64,000 nt of DNA. Source: Deinococcales bacterium. GTDB taxonomy: Bacteria > Deinococcota > Deinococci > Deinococcales > JAAFIG01. The stretch's first letter is position 1, and each line of letters begins with the position of its first letter. The position numbers and the translations under genes are program-made. Below are positions 50,173 through 59,829 of the stretch, in pieces. The notes under the pieces were generated by a model that was given only the letters and a program-made list of their open reading frames with translations, searched no databases and was not told the DNA's origin. The stretch spans positions 192,001-256,000 of the forward strand of contig JANNVX010000088.1 of NCBI GenBank assembly GCA_031414595.1. Reading direction: 5' to 3'.

Positions 50173-53100
50173 ATGACTTTGAGGGGTATTGCGGCTGATT
50201 TGCAGGTTGCCTTGGCTGTGGCTCAGGCTAATAACGCACAAGTCGTTTTGCTCGAGGGTGCGGCTGGGCTTGGTAAAAGTCATGCCATGCGCGACTTGGC
50301 AAGTGCTGTCAAATCTGGCATGGTGCTTTCGTGTTCCTCCGATGGCTGGTTGGCGGCGGCGTTGCGGGCTTCTTTTGCGGCGCTTCAATCCGAACGCGAC
50401 CCCGCCTTTCTCGAGGCAGCCCGTCGGCTTGTACCAGAACTGCCTTGGGCGCGGGTGGCGCAAGCGGTGGTTCTACCAGACCAACTGACCTTATGGAATG
50501 CGCTGGCACTGGCGTTTGAACGTCTCGCCAAGCGGGTCGGCGGTTTGGTTTGGCTGCTCGAGGATGCCCATGAGGTCAGTGCCGCAGATTTGGCTGGAAT
50601 TCGGGCGTTGTACCGTCGGGCGCTCTTGGGGGCTGCGCCGATGCTATTTGTGATTTCGGCTCGTCCAACCGAAATTGATTTTTTGGATGGCTTTATTCAA
50701 GATTCGGTACTGCTCGAGGAGGCGGTTCTTCCTAGGCGCTTGGTTTTAGCACCACTCGACCAAACTGGTTTGGAGGCTTTGTTACAAAGTGCTTTGCACA
50801 GTGCGGCTGTTCCCGAAACTCTTGGCACTTGGCTGATGGCTCGAGCCGAAGGTCATCCGCTTTACACCCTTGAGTTGCTGCGTTTTTTGCAAGATGGTGG
50901 GGCGCTGCAAGATTTGGGTCTGACTTGGTTTTTTGACCCACCCAAGGGCAAGGGCTTACCAAAGAATCTCGAGGCGGTGCTGTTGGCGCGAGTTGCCATA
51001 GCCAAGCGTGAAATAAAACTTTGGTTGGTACTTTCAGCAATTTGTGTTTTGAATCGCCAAGCCAGTTTATCCGAAATAATACAAATCACGACCCTGACTG
51101 CTATAGATGTCTTAGAAATCGCCACTCGGCTCGAGTACCTTGGTTTGCTGCGTGAAGAACTCAAATCGGGTCAGACGGTCTACGCGGTGGCGCATCCCTT
51201 ATTTTTGTCGTTGGTACGGGCGCAACTCGAGAGCGCAAAATTACAAGAACTGCATCAAAAAATAATGGGTGTGGTTCTATCGGTTATTGAAAAAGCCCAC
51301 CATGCAAGGGCAGCCCAGCATCCGCAAGCCAGCCAGTGGTCGGCGCTGGCACTCGAGCAAGCAAGTGCGGTTTATGATTATCAGCAAGTCGTAACCGAAG
51401 CCCAGTTTTTACTGACACTGACCCACAAAAAAGACCCAAAGGTTTTTCTGGCATATCTGGCGGCGTTGCGTGAATTGGGTCAAGCAGAAACCATTCTCGA
51501 GGTCACAAAAGACGATGATTCTGCCGAAGTTGCCTTGTACCGCGTTTACGCCCTTGATTATGTAGGGCAAAGGGAAGCAGCCTTTGAAAGTGCCAACCAA
51601 GGATTTTTGCAATACCCAGAGCCGATTCGCAGTCGTATTGGTTTTCATTTGGCACGAATGCACACGAATAAAGGGCAGTTTTCGCAAGCCGCAGAAATTC
51701 TCAACAGCCTTGAGCCAGCCGACGAGACCGATAAGACCTTACTTTTAATCGAATGGCAGCGTTTGTATTACTATCAAAGTGACCTTAAAAAACAACTTGA
51801 AATTCTCGAGCAAGCCGAAATTTCTGCCAGGAAATGCCCAACGCCACGCCACTTAATGATTATTTTAAGCAAAAAAGGAATTGCCCTGACCCAAAGCGCC
51901 AACCATTTGCAAGCCGAAGCGTTGATGCAAGAAGCCTTACATCTGACTAAGGAATTTGGTTCAGTCGAGCGTTTAGCCGAAATGTACAATGATTTGGGTG
52001 TGGCTTATCTGATGCAAGGCAATTATCCAAAAGCCAGTCAGATGTTTCGTGCAGGTTTGCGTTATGCCCAAGCCACAAAAAACCGTATGCAAATCGCGGC
52101 GGCGTATTATATGGCAAGTTCACCAGAGTTCGCCATGCTCAGATTAGATTCAGGTCGGGATTTTATTCAAAAAAGTATCGAATTATTTCAAGAAGCCAAT
52201 TACCCTGTACAAGCTGGCAATGCCCGTTTTTTTCAGGCTTACCTCGAGTCAGTTCAGGGCAATACCGAGTTTGTTCATACCTTTTTTAACTCCGAACTTG
52301 CCAAAGCACCCGAAAAGCTCTATAGCTGGCATTCCCAAGCAGGGGAAATGCACCTCAACCTTGGCGAATTTTCTCAAGCACTCGAGTTCTATTCCCAAGT
52401 TCAAACCTCAACTTACCCACCTGATGGCTTAGCCGAACATCATCACCGATTAGCAATTGTCTACTTGGGAGTAGGGCAACTGCAAATTGCTCTCAAGCAA
52501 AGTCAATTGGCACAAGAACAGGGTGCTTCGATGAATAATCCGTGCTTAAAAGCCGAAATGCGCCTAGGGATAGCCATTATTTACTGGTTTCTCGAGCAAT
52601 CAGAACTGGCGCAAAAAATCGGCAAAGAAGCCTTGGCGGTTTTACAAACCAATCAAGCACTCGGACACGCTGTAGTCTACGAGCGGTTATTCCCAAATGC
52701 TGTGCAGTCGTTTCAAGCACCCAAGATGAATACCGAAAATACACCTGTTCATTCGTACCTTCGTACTTTTGGCGGATTTGGTTTAGAAAGCCAAGGACAG
52801 TCCAGTCCGTGGCGAGCCTCAAAAGTCCGCGATTTACTGGCGGTCTTATTGGTTGCTTATTTAAGCCAAGACGGACCAAGTATTTCTAAAGCACAACTGA
52901 TAGATGCTATTTGGCAAGGCGAAAGCCCTGAATCCAGCGAAGGTAAATTTCGAGTCAGCATTAAACGCTTACGCGATGCCCTTGGCGATGCGGCAACCAT
53001 CCATAACCAATACGGCGTTTACGAATTACAAAACCTTAAAGCCGATGTGGTGTATTTCTTAACTGCCCTCGAGAATTTGGATTTTGATGCGGCTTTGGGC

Positions 53101-53415
53101 TGGTACAAAGGCAGTTTTTTACAAGGCATAGATGTTGCCGATGCCGAAATCATCCGCGCTCAGTTATGGCAGAACTTCAGAGATACTGTTATCAAAACCA
53201 GTTGTGAAACCCCCAATGCCAATCTGCTCGAGAAATTACACTACCTCGAGCCTTTGGACATTGGGATTTTAGAGCGCTACCTTGAAGTGATTGCCGATGA
53301 TGCGTTTCGGGTTTCGCAGACCGTAACTCGAGCCAAACAAACATTTGAACGTGAAATCGGTGAAATTCCAGTTGAACTCGGAAAATTAACGGCTGTTGCC
53401 GCGTCCTCGGCTTGA
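50173..53415 (+). CDS. STAND-type NTPase + TPR regulator with a C-terminal winged-helix/BTAD-like domain
   Basis: Walker A GAAGLGKS; Walker B WLLEDAHE; EGHPLY; TPRs; C-terminal LRTFGGF..KVRDLLAVL..LIDAIW..IKRLRDAL. Confidence 0.85.
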   Translation: MTLRGIAADLQVALAVAQANNAQVVLLEGAAGLGKSHAMRDLASAVKSGMVLSCSSDGWLAAALRASFAALQSERDPAFLEAARRLVPELPWARVAQAVVLPDQLTLWNALALAFERLAKRVGGLVWLLEDAHEVSAADLAGIRALYRRALLGAAPMLFVISARPTEIDFLDGFIQDSVLLEEAVLPRRLVLAPLDQTGLEALLQSALHSAAVPETLGTWLMARAEGHPLYTLELLRFLQDGGALQDLGLTWFFDPPKGKGLPKNLEAVLLARVAIAKREIKLWLVLSAICVLNRQASLSEIIQITTLTAIDVLEIATRLEYLGLLREELKSGQTVYAVAHPLFLSLVRAQLESAKLQELHQKIMGVVLSVIEKAHHARAAQHPQASQWSALALEQASAVYDYQQVVTEAQFLLTLTHKKDPKVFLAYLAALRELGQAETILEVTKDDDSAEVALYRVYALDYVGQREAAFESANQGFLQYPEPIRSRIGFHLARMHTNKGQFSQAAEILNSLEPADETDKTLLLIEWQRLYYYQSDLKKQLEILEQAEISARKCPTPRHLMIILSKKGIALTQSANHLQAEALMQEALHLTKEFGSVERLAEMYNDLGVAYLMQGNYPKASQMFRAGLRYAQATKNRMQIAAAYYMASSPEFAMLRLDSGRDFIQKSIELFQEANYPVQAGNARFFQAYLESVQGNTEFVHTFFNSELAKAPEKLYSWHSQAGEMHLNLGEFSQALEFYSQVQTSTYPPDGLAEHHHRLAIVYLGVGQLQIALKQSQLAQEQGASMNNPCLKAEMRLGIAIIYWFLEQSELAQKIGKEALAVLQTNQALGHAVVYERLFPNAVQSFQAPKMNTENTPVHSYLRTFGGFGLESQGQSSPWRASKVRDLLAVLLVAYLSQDGPSISKAQLIDAIWQGESPESSEGKFRVSIKRLRDALGDAATIHNQYGVYELQNLKADVVYFLTALENLDFDAALGWYKGSFLQGIDVADAEIIRAQLWQNFRDTVIKTSCETPNANLLEKLHYLEPLDIGILERYLEVIADDAFRVSQTVTRAKQTFEREIGEIPVELGKLTAVAASSA

Positions 53416-54726
53416 ATCCCGCCGTATGCTCGAGGGGCGCGGGTGTTCGCTGCGCGGTTTGCCAACGCCTTGTTGGGTGGTGGCGGTACTGCGTGGCTGA
53501 GTTGAACCTGCTCGAGCAGGTTGTGGTGAGCGCCTTGGGGCATTGCGGCGCGGGTCGCCTTGGCGGGTATCACCTCGGTCTACGGTCATTTTTTCACCTA
53601 CGGCTTTGTAATTAAAACCATCCACCCATTCACGCGGCAGTTTTTGTCCAATGGCACGTTCTATATCAAATAACTGGCTTTCTTCTTCTTTGCTAAAAAA
53701 AGTCAGGGCTTCGCCAGTGCGTTCGGCACGGGCGGTTCGTCCAACACGGTGAATATAATCTTCGGGGATGGCTGGGACATCAAAGTTAATCACATATTCA
53801 AGGTCTTGAACATCTATGCCACGAGCCGCAATATCGGTGGCAACCAGTACACGGTATTTACCAGACTTAAAGCCTTTAAGTGCTTCGGTGCGTTGCGATT
53901 GACTGCGGTTGCCATGAATCCGTTCGCAATTAACCCCATAACTAGCAAGGTATTTTTGTAAACCATTGGCACGGTGTTTGGTGCGGGTAAATACGATTGC
54001 ACTTTCGATGGGGTTTTGTGCCAGTAACTCGAGCAGTAAGGCTGGCTTGAGGCTTTGTGGCACAGGAAACGAAGATTGGGTGATGCCCGTGGCGGGTTTG
54101 GCTTGGCGTTCGACATTTAGAGTAATCGGGCGGTTCAGTAAATCCTTTGCCAGTTGCCCAATTTGGCTGGGCATGGTTGCCGAAAAAAATAGGGTTTGTT
54201 GCGGTTTAGGGATGTGTTGCAAAATCTTTTTGATGCTCGGTAAAAACCCCATATCGAGCATTCGGTCAGCTTCGTCAAAGACCAACACCTCGAGACTGTT
54301 TAACTTGGCGTAGTTGTACTGAAAGTGATCCATCAAACGCCCCGGGGTGGCAATCAGAATATCTATGCCGCGTTCAAAGGCTTGGACTTGTCCTTTCATC
54401 GGTACACCACCAAAAATAGTGGCACTTTTGACAGGTGCATATTTGCCAAGTTCTTGAATCGCTTCGTTAATCTGCATGGCGAGTTCACGGGTTGGGCAGA
54501 GAATCAAAGCTCTGGTGACACCTCGAGACTTCTTAAATAAACGCTCTAAAATTGGCAACACAAAAGCCGCCGTTTTGCCGCTTCCAGTCATGGCGCAGCC
54601 AAGTATATCGCGTCCCTCGAGAGCATGGGGCAAGGCTTTTTCTTGAATATCGGTCGGAGTTTCGTACCCCGCGTCTTTAATTCCACGAAGTAACGACCCG
54701 TGAAGGGCAAATTTTTCAAATGACAT
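53386..54726 (-). CDS. DEAD-box RNA helicase (RhlE-like)
   Basis: TGSGKT, PTRELA, DEAD, SAT, ARGID and HRVGRTAR. Confidence 0.95.
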   Translation of the reverse strand: MSFEKFALHGSLLRGIKDAGYETPTDIQEKALPHALEGRDILGCAMTGSGKTAAFVLPILERLFKKSRGVTRALILCPTRELAMQINEAIQELGKYAPVKSATIFGGVPMKGQVQAFERGIDILIATPGRLMDHFQYNYAKLNSLEVLVFDEADRMLDMGFLPSIKKILQHIPKPQQTLFFSATMPSQIGQLAKDLLNRPITLNVERQAKPATGITQSSFPVPQSLKPALLLELLAQNPIESAIVFTRTKHRANGLQKYLASYGVNCERIHGNRSQSQRTEALKGFKSGKYRVLVATDIAARGIDVQDLEYVINFDVPAIPEDYIHRVGRTARAERTGEALTFFSKEEESQLFDIERAIGQKLPREWVDGFNYKAVGEKMTVDRGDTRQGDPRRNAPRRSPQPARAGSTQPRSTATTQQGVGKPRSEHPRPSSIRRDSSRGRGNSR

Positions 54727-54879
54727 GTTGTGTCCTGTAAACCGTATAACCTCGGTAATTCAGGACGAGAGGCAAGGCTAGAAAGAGGCTATCTCGAGTG
54801 CAAGCAGCCGTCCTGATGAAAAGCTTGCAACAAGTTAGGAGCATACACGTTTAATTGTGAAAGTCATGGGCAAAATAGC

Positions 54880-55479
54880 CTAACGTGAAGTCATATGCAC
54901 TAAAATTCCTAGTATCGCCTCGAGTTCGGTCAAGCTGTATTCACGAATATCCAAGGTGATTTGTGTTCCCTCGAGTTGCAAAAACCGCCAATCTGTGCCA
55001 CTGGTGACTGCCCCAAAAATCAATTCTCGAGACTGATTGCGCTCTATATTAAAACGTTGGGCTGCCACCATTTCGGCAATACACTGGGCAATCCCACCCG
55101 ATAAATCCTCGCGCTTGGCTTCGACCAGCATTACGACAGGAGCTTGAACTTGAATTAAAAGTGGGTCTTGGCTGATTAAAAAGTCACAAAAACCATGCAA
55201 TCCAAGTTTTTTATCAACATTGAAGGCTACGCCAGAAAACACGGCTATGCGTTGCTCGAGAATTTCACGCACTTCGACTAGAATTGGGGCAATAATATGT
55301 TCAGAACGGGCTTTTTCTGTGCCTTTGCCAACCACCAGTGGCAAATTGCGTTTTAGAACGGCGCTCAGTAAATCACTAGCTTTATGGGGTTCTACATGTG
55401 CAAATAAATCTTTATGCTGCACAACAGAAAGTGCAAATCTTTGCACCAATAAATCCAAGGTAAAACCTTCGTATCCCAT
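54880..55479 (-). CDS. Hypothetical protein with a PD-(D/E)xK-like (HsdR N-terminal-like) motif
   Basis: EKARSE..IAPIL, GFCDFLI..VEAK..GIAQC and GAVTSGTDWRFL. Confidence 0.7.
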   Translation of the reverse strand: MGYEGFTLDLLVQRFALSVVQHKDLFAHVEPHKASDLLSAVLKRNLPLVVGKGTEKARSEHIIAPILVEVREILEQRIAVFSGVAFNVDKKLGLHGFCDFLISQDPLLIQVQAPVVMLVEAKREDLSGGIAQCIAEMVAAQRFNIERNQSRELIFGAVTSGTDWRFLQLEGTQITLDIREYSLTELEAILGILVHMTSR

Positions 55480-55527
55480 GCTTGGTAGACTAGCACTAAA
55501 TTCTAAGCACTTGACATGAACCACAGT

Positions 55528-57447
55528 TCACAGGTATTTCTCGAGCCAATTTAGGTACTCGTTTAGCCTAAAAACCCGTCTGTCTGGTCTGCCACTTCTC
55601 GAGAGTTCATGATTTTCGCCTGGGAATCGCACAAATTTTGTTGTTACATTCAGGTTTTTCAGTGCCACAAACCACTGCTCGGCTTGTTCAATGGGGCAAC
55701 GGTGGTCTTCTTCGCTGTGAATAATCAAACAAGGTGTTTTGACATTTTTAACATGCTTGAGCGGCGATTTTTCCCAGAGCCGTTCAAAGTCGTTGGGGAC
55801 AGTGCCGTGTAATTCTCGAGGTACAAAACGGTAGCCAATGTCAGATGTGCCATGAAACGAAATCCAGTTGCAAATACTGCGGTCTGTAACGGCGGCTTTG
55901 AAACGGTTGGTGTGGCTAATTGCCCAATTGACCATCAGTCCGCCGTAACTTCCACCGACAATCGCAATGCGTTTGGGGTCAAGGTAGCTGTGTTGCGCCA
56001 AACATCTGTCTAAGAACGCCATCAGGTCGTCAAAATCGCCATTTAAGTAATCGCCGTTTATCCCAGCCGTTTGCGCGTCGCCGTAGCCCGTGCTGCCGCG
56101 TATATTGCAAAAGGCGACCGCGTAGCCAGCCGCAGCAAGGGTTTGGAATTCGTTCATATAGGTGTAACCCCATGCGGTGGCGGGTCCACCATGAACATTT
56201 AAGACCAAGGGGTATTTCTTGCCGCGTTTTTGCTCGAGTGGATGCAGCACCCAACCTTCGATGGTAAACCCGTGGCGTTCAAAACTAATTCGCTCTAAAT
56301 CTCTGGCATTGGCGCTCGAGTTAAAACTAGATAATTGCTTACCAACAAAATGCAGTTCGCAAGGATGGGCGTGATGCTCGAGTAAATAAGCAATTCTGCC
56401 GTCGGCTGAAACCGCAAAAGCGGGAACACTCGAGAGCTGCGGTTCAATTCTGGGCTTGATATTGCCTTCTAAAGTAAATTCATAGACCCCTGCACTGCCA
56501 CCTTTTTGAGCAAGGGCAAGAATGGTCGTATCGTCTAACCAAACGGGTGCAAGTGAATATGTGCCGATGTGTGAATCAGAATTGACCGTTTGACCAATCC
56601 ACAGGTCATGGTCTGGGGCAACCCGCTCGAGTTTAGCGCCTTGCTCGAGTTTAGCGTTGTACAAATGAATATCGCCTGTTTGGTTGGCAAAGTCTGGGTC
56701 GGCGAGAACCGCAAATCGTAGACCATTAGGTGAGACCGCAACTTGCCCAATATAGCCCTTAAAATCAGTCAGGCGACGCGGTTTTTTCTTGCCTAAAATC
56801 AGCATAAAGACTTCGGATTGCCAGTTTTCACCAGCCTCGGCATTGCGGGCTGCCACAAATACCAAACCCCAACCATCGGGCATCCAATCAAAGCTGTCTA
56901 TATTGGTTAAGTGGCTCGAGACCGCTTCGGATTTTTCGGTTTCAAGGGTCAGAATATGCAGCGCCAAGGGTTCGGTGGGTACAAAGCCAACCCCACCAAT
57001 ACCATTTGATTTGTACTGTACTTGTTCGATGACTTTTGGCTGTCCGTCGGCTAGAACTTCATCTGTCCAGTCGCCACGAGATAAAAAAGCCACTCGAGTG
57101 CCATCATTGGAAAATTTTGGACTCGAGACCCCAGATTTAAGGTTGGTTAATTGCCGTGGCTCACCGCCCGTCATTGAAATCATAAACAATTGTGGTTTGC
57201 CGTCCACCACTCGAGTAAAAACCATTTGTGTGCTGTCTGGTGAGAATTTTGGCGAGCCGTCTTTGTGTTTACCCGAAGTAAAACGTTGCACCTCGGCATC
57301 ATCGGTCGAGACATAAATTCCAGAAGTGTATGATTTTTTATCCTCGAAAACTTCAGAAACTACGCAAGCCACGTATTTTCCGTCTTTTGAGACGGCGACA
57401 TCAGAAGCAAATTTTAGGTTATAAAGCTGTTCAGCCAGTTGGGTCAT
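55528..57447 (-). CDS. S9-family acylaminoacyl/dipeptidyl peptidase
   Basis: PD40-like propeller, HGGP, GGSYGG, IHSEEDHRC and ENHELSRSG. Confidence 0.93.
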   Translation of the reverse strand: MTQLAEQLYNLKFASDVAVSKDGKYVACVVSEVFEDKKSYTSGIYVSTDDAEVQRFTSGKHKDGSPKFSPDSTQMVFTRVVDGKPQLFMISMTGGEPRQLTNLKSGVSSPKFSNDGTRVAFLSRGDWTDEVLADGQPKVIEQVQYKSNGIGGVGFVPTEPLALHILTLETEKSEAVSSHLTNIDSFDWMPDGWGLVFVAARNAEAGENWQSEVFMLILGKKKPRRLTDFKGYIGQVAVSPNGLRFAVLADPDFANQTGDIHLYNAKLEQGAKLERVAPDHDLWIGQTVNSDSHIGTYSLAPVWLDDTTILALAQKGGSAGVYEFTLEGNIKPRIEPQLSSVPAFAVSADGRIAYLLEHHAHPCELHFVGKQLSSFNSSANARDLERISFERHGFTIEGWVLHPLEQKRGKKYPLVLNVHGGPATAWGYTYMNEFQTLAAAGYAVAFCNIRGSTGYGDAQTAGINGDYLNGDFDDLMAFLDRCLAQHSYLDPKRIAIVGGSYGGLMVNWAISHTNRFKAAVTDRSICNWISFHGTSDIGYRFVPRELHGTVPNDFERLWEKSPLKHVKNVKTPCLIIHSEEDHRCPIEQAEQWFVALKNLNVTTKFVRFPGENHELSRSGRPDRRVFRLNEYLNWLEKYL

Positions 57448-57504
57448 GCCAATTAGCATACCGCGTCCGACGGGTTTGGACATACCGCGTGTTAGCCTAA
57501 ACAA

Positions 57505-57852
57505 GTGCAACCAGACCCAATTTCACAGACTTGGTTTATTATTTCTAATCGCGTCTTGCCCGATGAACGCATCACAATTGCCTCTGGACAAGAAAAATAT
57601 GCCTTGGTGTTTACCCAAAAAGCCACTGCCAAAGAATTTATGCGCGACCTGCAAGACCCAAACTTAGAACTCGAGGGCTTAGAAACTTGGGTCTTAAAAG
57701 AAACTTACTTAACCACCCTCACTTTGCTTTCGGTTTCTCGAGTGATGTTTGATTATGTGCAAGGGCAACACAACGCCCTTTCTGCCCCGCTCGAGTTACT
57801 GAGGATTCATTGTCAAGCCCAGATTGGGGTCGTGCCTCGAGCCGAAGCCTGA
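57505..57852 (+). CDS. Hypothetical protein
   Basis: 115-aa ORF with a TAGCCT -10 6 nt before the GTG. Confidence 0.6.
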   Translation: MQPDPISQTWFIISNRVLPDERITIASGQEKYALVFTQKATAKEFMRDLQDPNLELEGLETWVLKETYLTTLTLLSVSRVMFDYVQGQHNALSAPLELLRIHCQAQIGVVPRAEA

Positions 57853-57866
57853 GTGTAGCTGCTTTC

Positions 57867-57897
57867 CTCATAGCTCAAGACTCAAAGCTCATAGCCA
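57867..57897. repeat. Heptamer tandem repeat (CTCATAG family)
   Basis: ctcatag ctcaaga ctcaaag ctcatag. Confidence 0.75.
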
Positions 57898-57919
57898 AGA
57901 GGTTCGTTGCCTCGAGCCG

Positions 57920-58408
57920 TTAGCGCGTAAACACATAATCATTTTCGGCAGTTTTAGCATGGCATTGGTTGCACTTGGCAATTGCGCCTCGGGTTTGCGC
58001 TCCTGCGTTGTCTAGCTCTATTTTGCCCGTAGCCACATCCAGCACAAACCATTCCCAACCACCAAATTCTTTGTTAAACCCAGCACCGCGTTTAACCATG
58101 CCAGTAGCACCTAGGGGCTTGTTGCTTTTATCGCTGTATTGTTTAACCAGAATTGTACCAACTGGAAATTTGCCATTGTCGGTTCGGTCAGCGTTATTTT
58201 TAATATAAATTGTCCGAGAAGCATTAGGATTTTCTGCCAAATGTGCATCTTTGATGTTCTCAGAAGTTCCACTGACTTTATCCACAAAAGTCCATTTGCT
58301 AAAGCTGGCAAAATCATCGTTGCCAGCGATAAATTCCGAACCATTTTTTGGCATACATGCAACCGTTAATACACTGACCAGCAACAACAAGAACTGCGTG
58401 CTTTTCAT
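57920..58408 (-). CDS. Cytochrome P460-family c-type cytochrome lipoprotein
   Basis: VAC lipobox; FPVGTILVK, GMVK..GGWEW and C-terminal CNQCH..DYVF; GGAGG RBS. Confidence 0.82.
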   Translation of the reverse strand: MKSTQFLLLLVSVLTVACMPKNGSEFIAGNDDFASFSKWTFVDKVSGTSENIKDAHLAENPNASRTIYIKNNADRTDNGKFPVGTILVKQYSDKSNKPLGATGMVKRGAGFNKEFGGWEWFVLDVATGKIELDNAGAQTRGAIAKCNQCHAKTAENDYVFTR

Positions 58409-58457
58409 AAAAAACCTCCGCCTTAAGCGTAAGGTACGAAAAGCCTCAGAGAAAAGT

Positions 58458-59165
58458 TCAGAACTTGACTTCACCAACCCCCAAAACTTCACTTGGGGTT
58501 GTAGACCCACCGATTGGCTCGAGTGAAATAGCGATCACCGCCGCATTATTTGGCACTTGGGTATCGAGGTTGGTCTGTAGCGTCTCGAGGGGCTGGGGTT
58601 TTTGCCCCCCTTTGGTGATAAACCAAGCCTGATAGGTTTTGCCAGTCACAGGTTCGGGTAATTTAAGCGCAATCACCAATTTGCCATCTGGGGTTAAATA
58701 AGCCTGTCCGATAGGGACGTTCCCACTCGAGGCTAATTTGACCAGTTTACTTTCGGACAAAACGCTGACTCGAGCCTTGGCTTGTTGTTGCAGCGATACA
58801 ATTTGACCCTCGAGTTGGTTGCTGCGCCAAGCAAAAAACAGTCCAAAAGCCAGTGCTGCAATTGGAAATGCTCGGGCAAAAAATGATCCAAAGGTTCTAG
58901 GATTTCTCTGGCGTTGTGAAAATCGGCGTGGAGCAGCGCGATTTTTAAGACGAATCTGGGATAAAATTTTTGCTTCGAGCATCGGCGAAGGCGAAGTTTG
59001 CTCGACCGATTGCCCGACCGCAGCCAAAATACCTTGCCATTTTGCCAATTCTAAAGCCAATTCTTGCGATTGTGCCACGGCTGTTGCAACAAGGGTAGCT
59101 TCATTGGGTTCAAGTGTACCAAGTGCAAATTGAATCAGTGTATCGGTGTCGGGAGGAGTTTCCAT
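58458..59165 (-). CDS. Anti-sigma factor, RskA-like
   Basis: FALGTLEPNE N-terminus, one TM helix, GKTYQAW and AISLEPIGGSTTPS. Confidence 0.88.
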   Translation of the reverse strand: METPPDTDTLIQFALGTLEPNEATLVATAVAQSQELALELAKWQGILAAVGQSVEQTSPSPMLEAKILSQIRLKNRAAPRRFSQRQRNPRTFGSFFARAFPIAALAFGLFFAWRSNQLEGQIVSLQQQAKARVSVLSESKLVKLASSGNVPIGQAYLTPDGKLVIALKLPEPVTGKTYQAWFITKGGQKPQPLETLQTNLDTQVPNNAAVIAISLEPIGGSTTPSEVLGVGEVKF

Positions 59166-59239
59166 ACTTTGATATACGCACAAGCTACCATGATTAGATG
59201 AAGACATCCAAATAGACACCTTGTAACGTATTCCTAGTG
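59166..59239. promoter_or_regulatory. Back-to-back ECF promoters, xCATCy-N17-CGTA, on both strands
   Basis: Plus strand ACATCC 59204-09 with CGTA 59227-30; minus strand TCATCT 59201-196 with CGTA 59178-75. Each CGTA is 9 nt from an ATG. Confidence 0.7.
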
Positions 59240-59791
59240 ATGTTCGCTGATTTGAAAAATCAACCTACCACAGATGAATTCTTGTTGTATGGAATTGCAT
59301 CTGCGAATGAAGGTAGTTTTCTCGAGTTGTATCAGCGCTATAACCGCAGTGTTTACAGCCTTGCTAAACGAATCCTCAGAACCAACTCCGATGCCGAAGA
59401 AGTGACCCAAGATGTCTTTGTCAAAATTTGGGATAAAGCCCTCGAGTACGCTCCACACAAGGGTAAGGTCAGCACTTGGATTTTAACCATCGCCCATCAC
59501 AGCGCCATAGATGCGCTGCGTAAACGCAATTCTCGAGCCAGCTTGCCGATGTTTGAAGAAGAACTCGAACGAATCCCGCAAACCACCCAAACCGATTTAC
59601 TCGAGCAGAACATGATTCAAAACGCCCTTGCAAAACTCGAGCCACAAGAACAAATGTGCATTGAATTGGCGTACTTTGAAGGGTTAAGCCATGCACAACT
59701 GGCTAAGCACACCGAATTACCACTTGGCACAATCAAAACCCGTATTCGGCAGGGCTTGGCGAAATTAAAAACTGCACTAGGCGATTGGTGA
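59240..59791 (+). CDS. ECF RNA polymerase sigma factor (SigK-like)
   Basis: AEEVTQDVFVKIW, WILTIAHHSAID and LAYFEGLSH..PLGTIKTRIR. Confidence 0.93.
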   Translation: MFADLKNQPTTDEFLLYGIASANEGSFLELYQRYNRSVYSLAKRILRTNSDAEEVTQDVFVKIWDKALEYAPHKGKVSTWILTIAHHSAIDALRKRNSRASLPMFEEELERIPQTTQTDLLEQNMIQNALAKLEPQEQMCIELAYFEGLSHAQLAKHTELPLGTIKTRIRQGLAKLKTALGDW

Positions 59792-59829
59792 TGAGAAACC
59801 ACTCATCTAGGGTTTTATAAGCTCAGACC

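Noticed and set aside
3623-57897. Short repeats (3623, 34985, 36183, 38174, 57867) as CRISPR arrays
   Set aside because: They are tandem with no unique spacers, and there are no cas genes.
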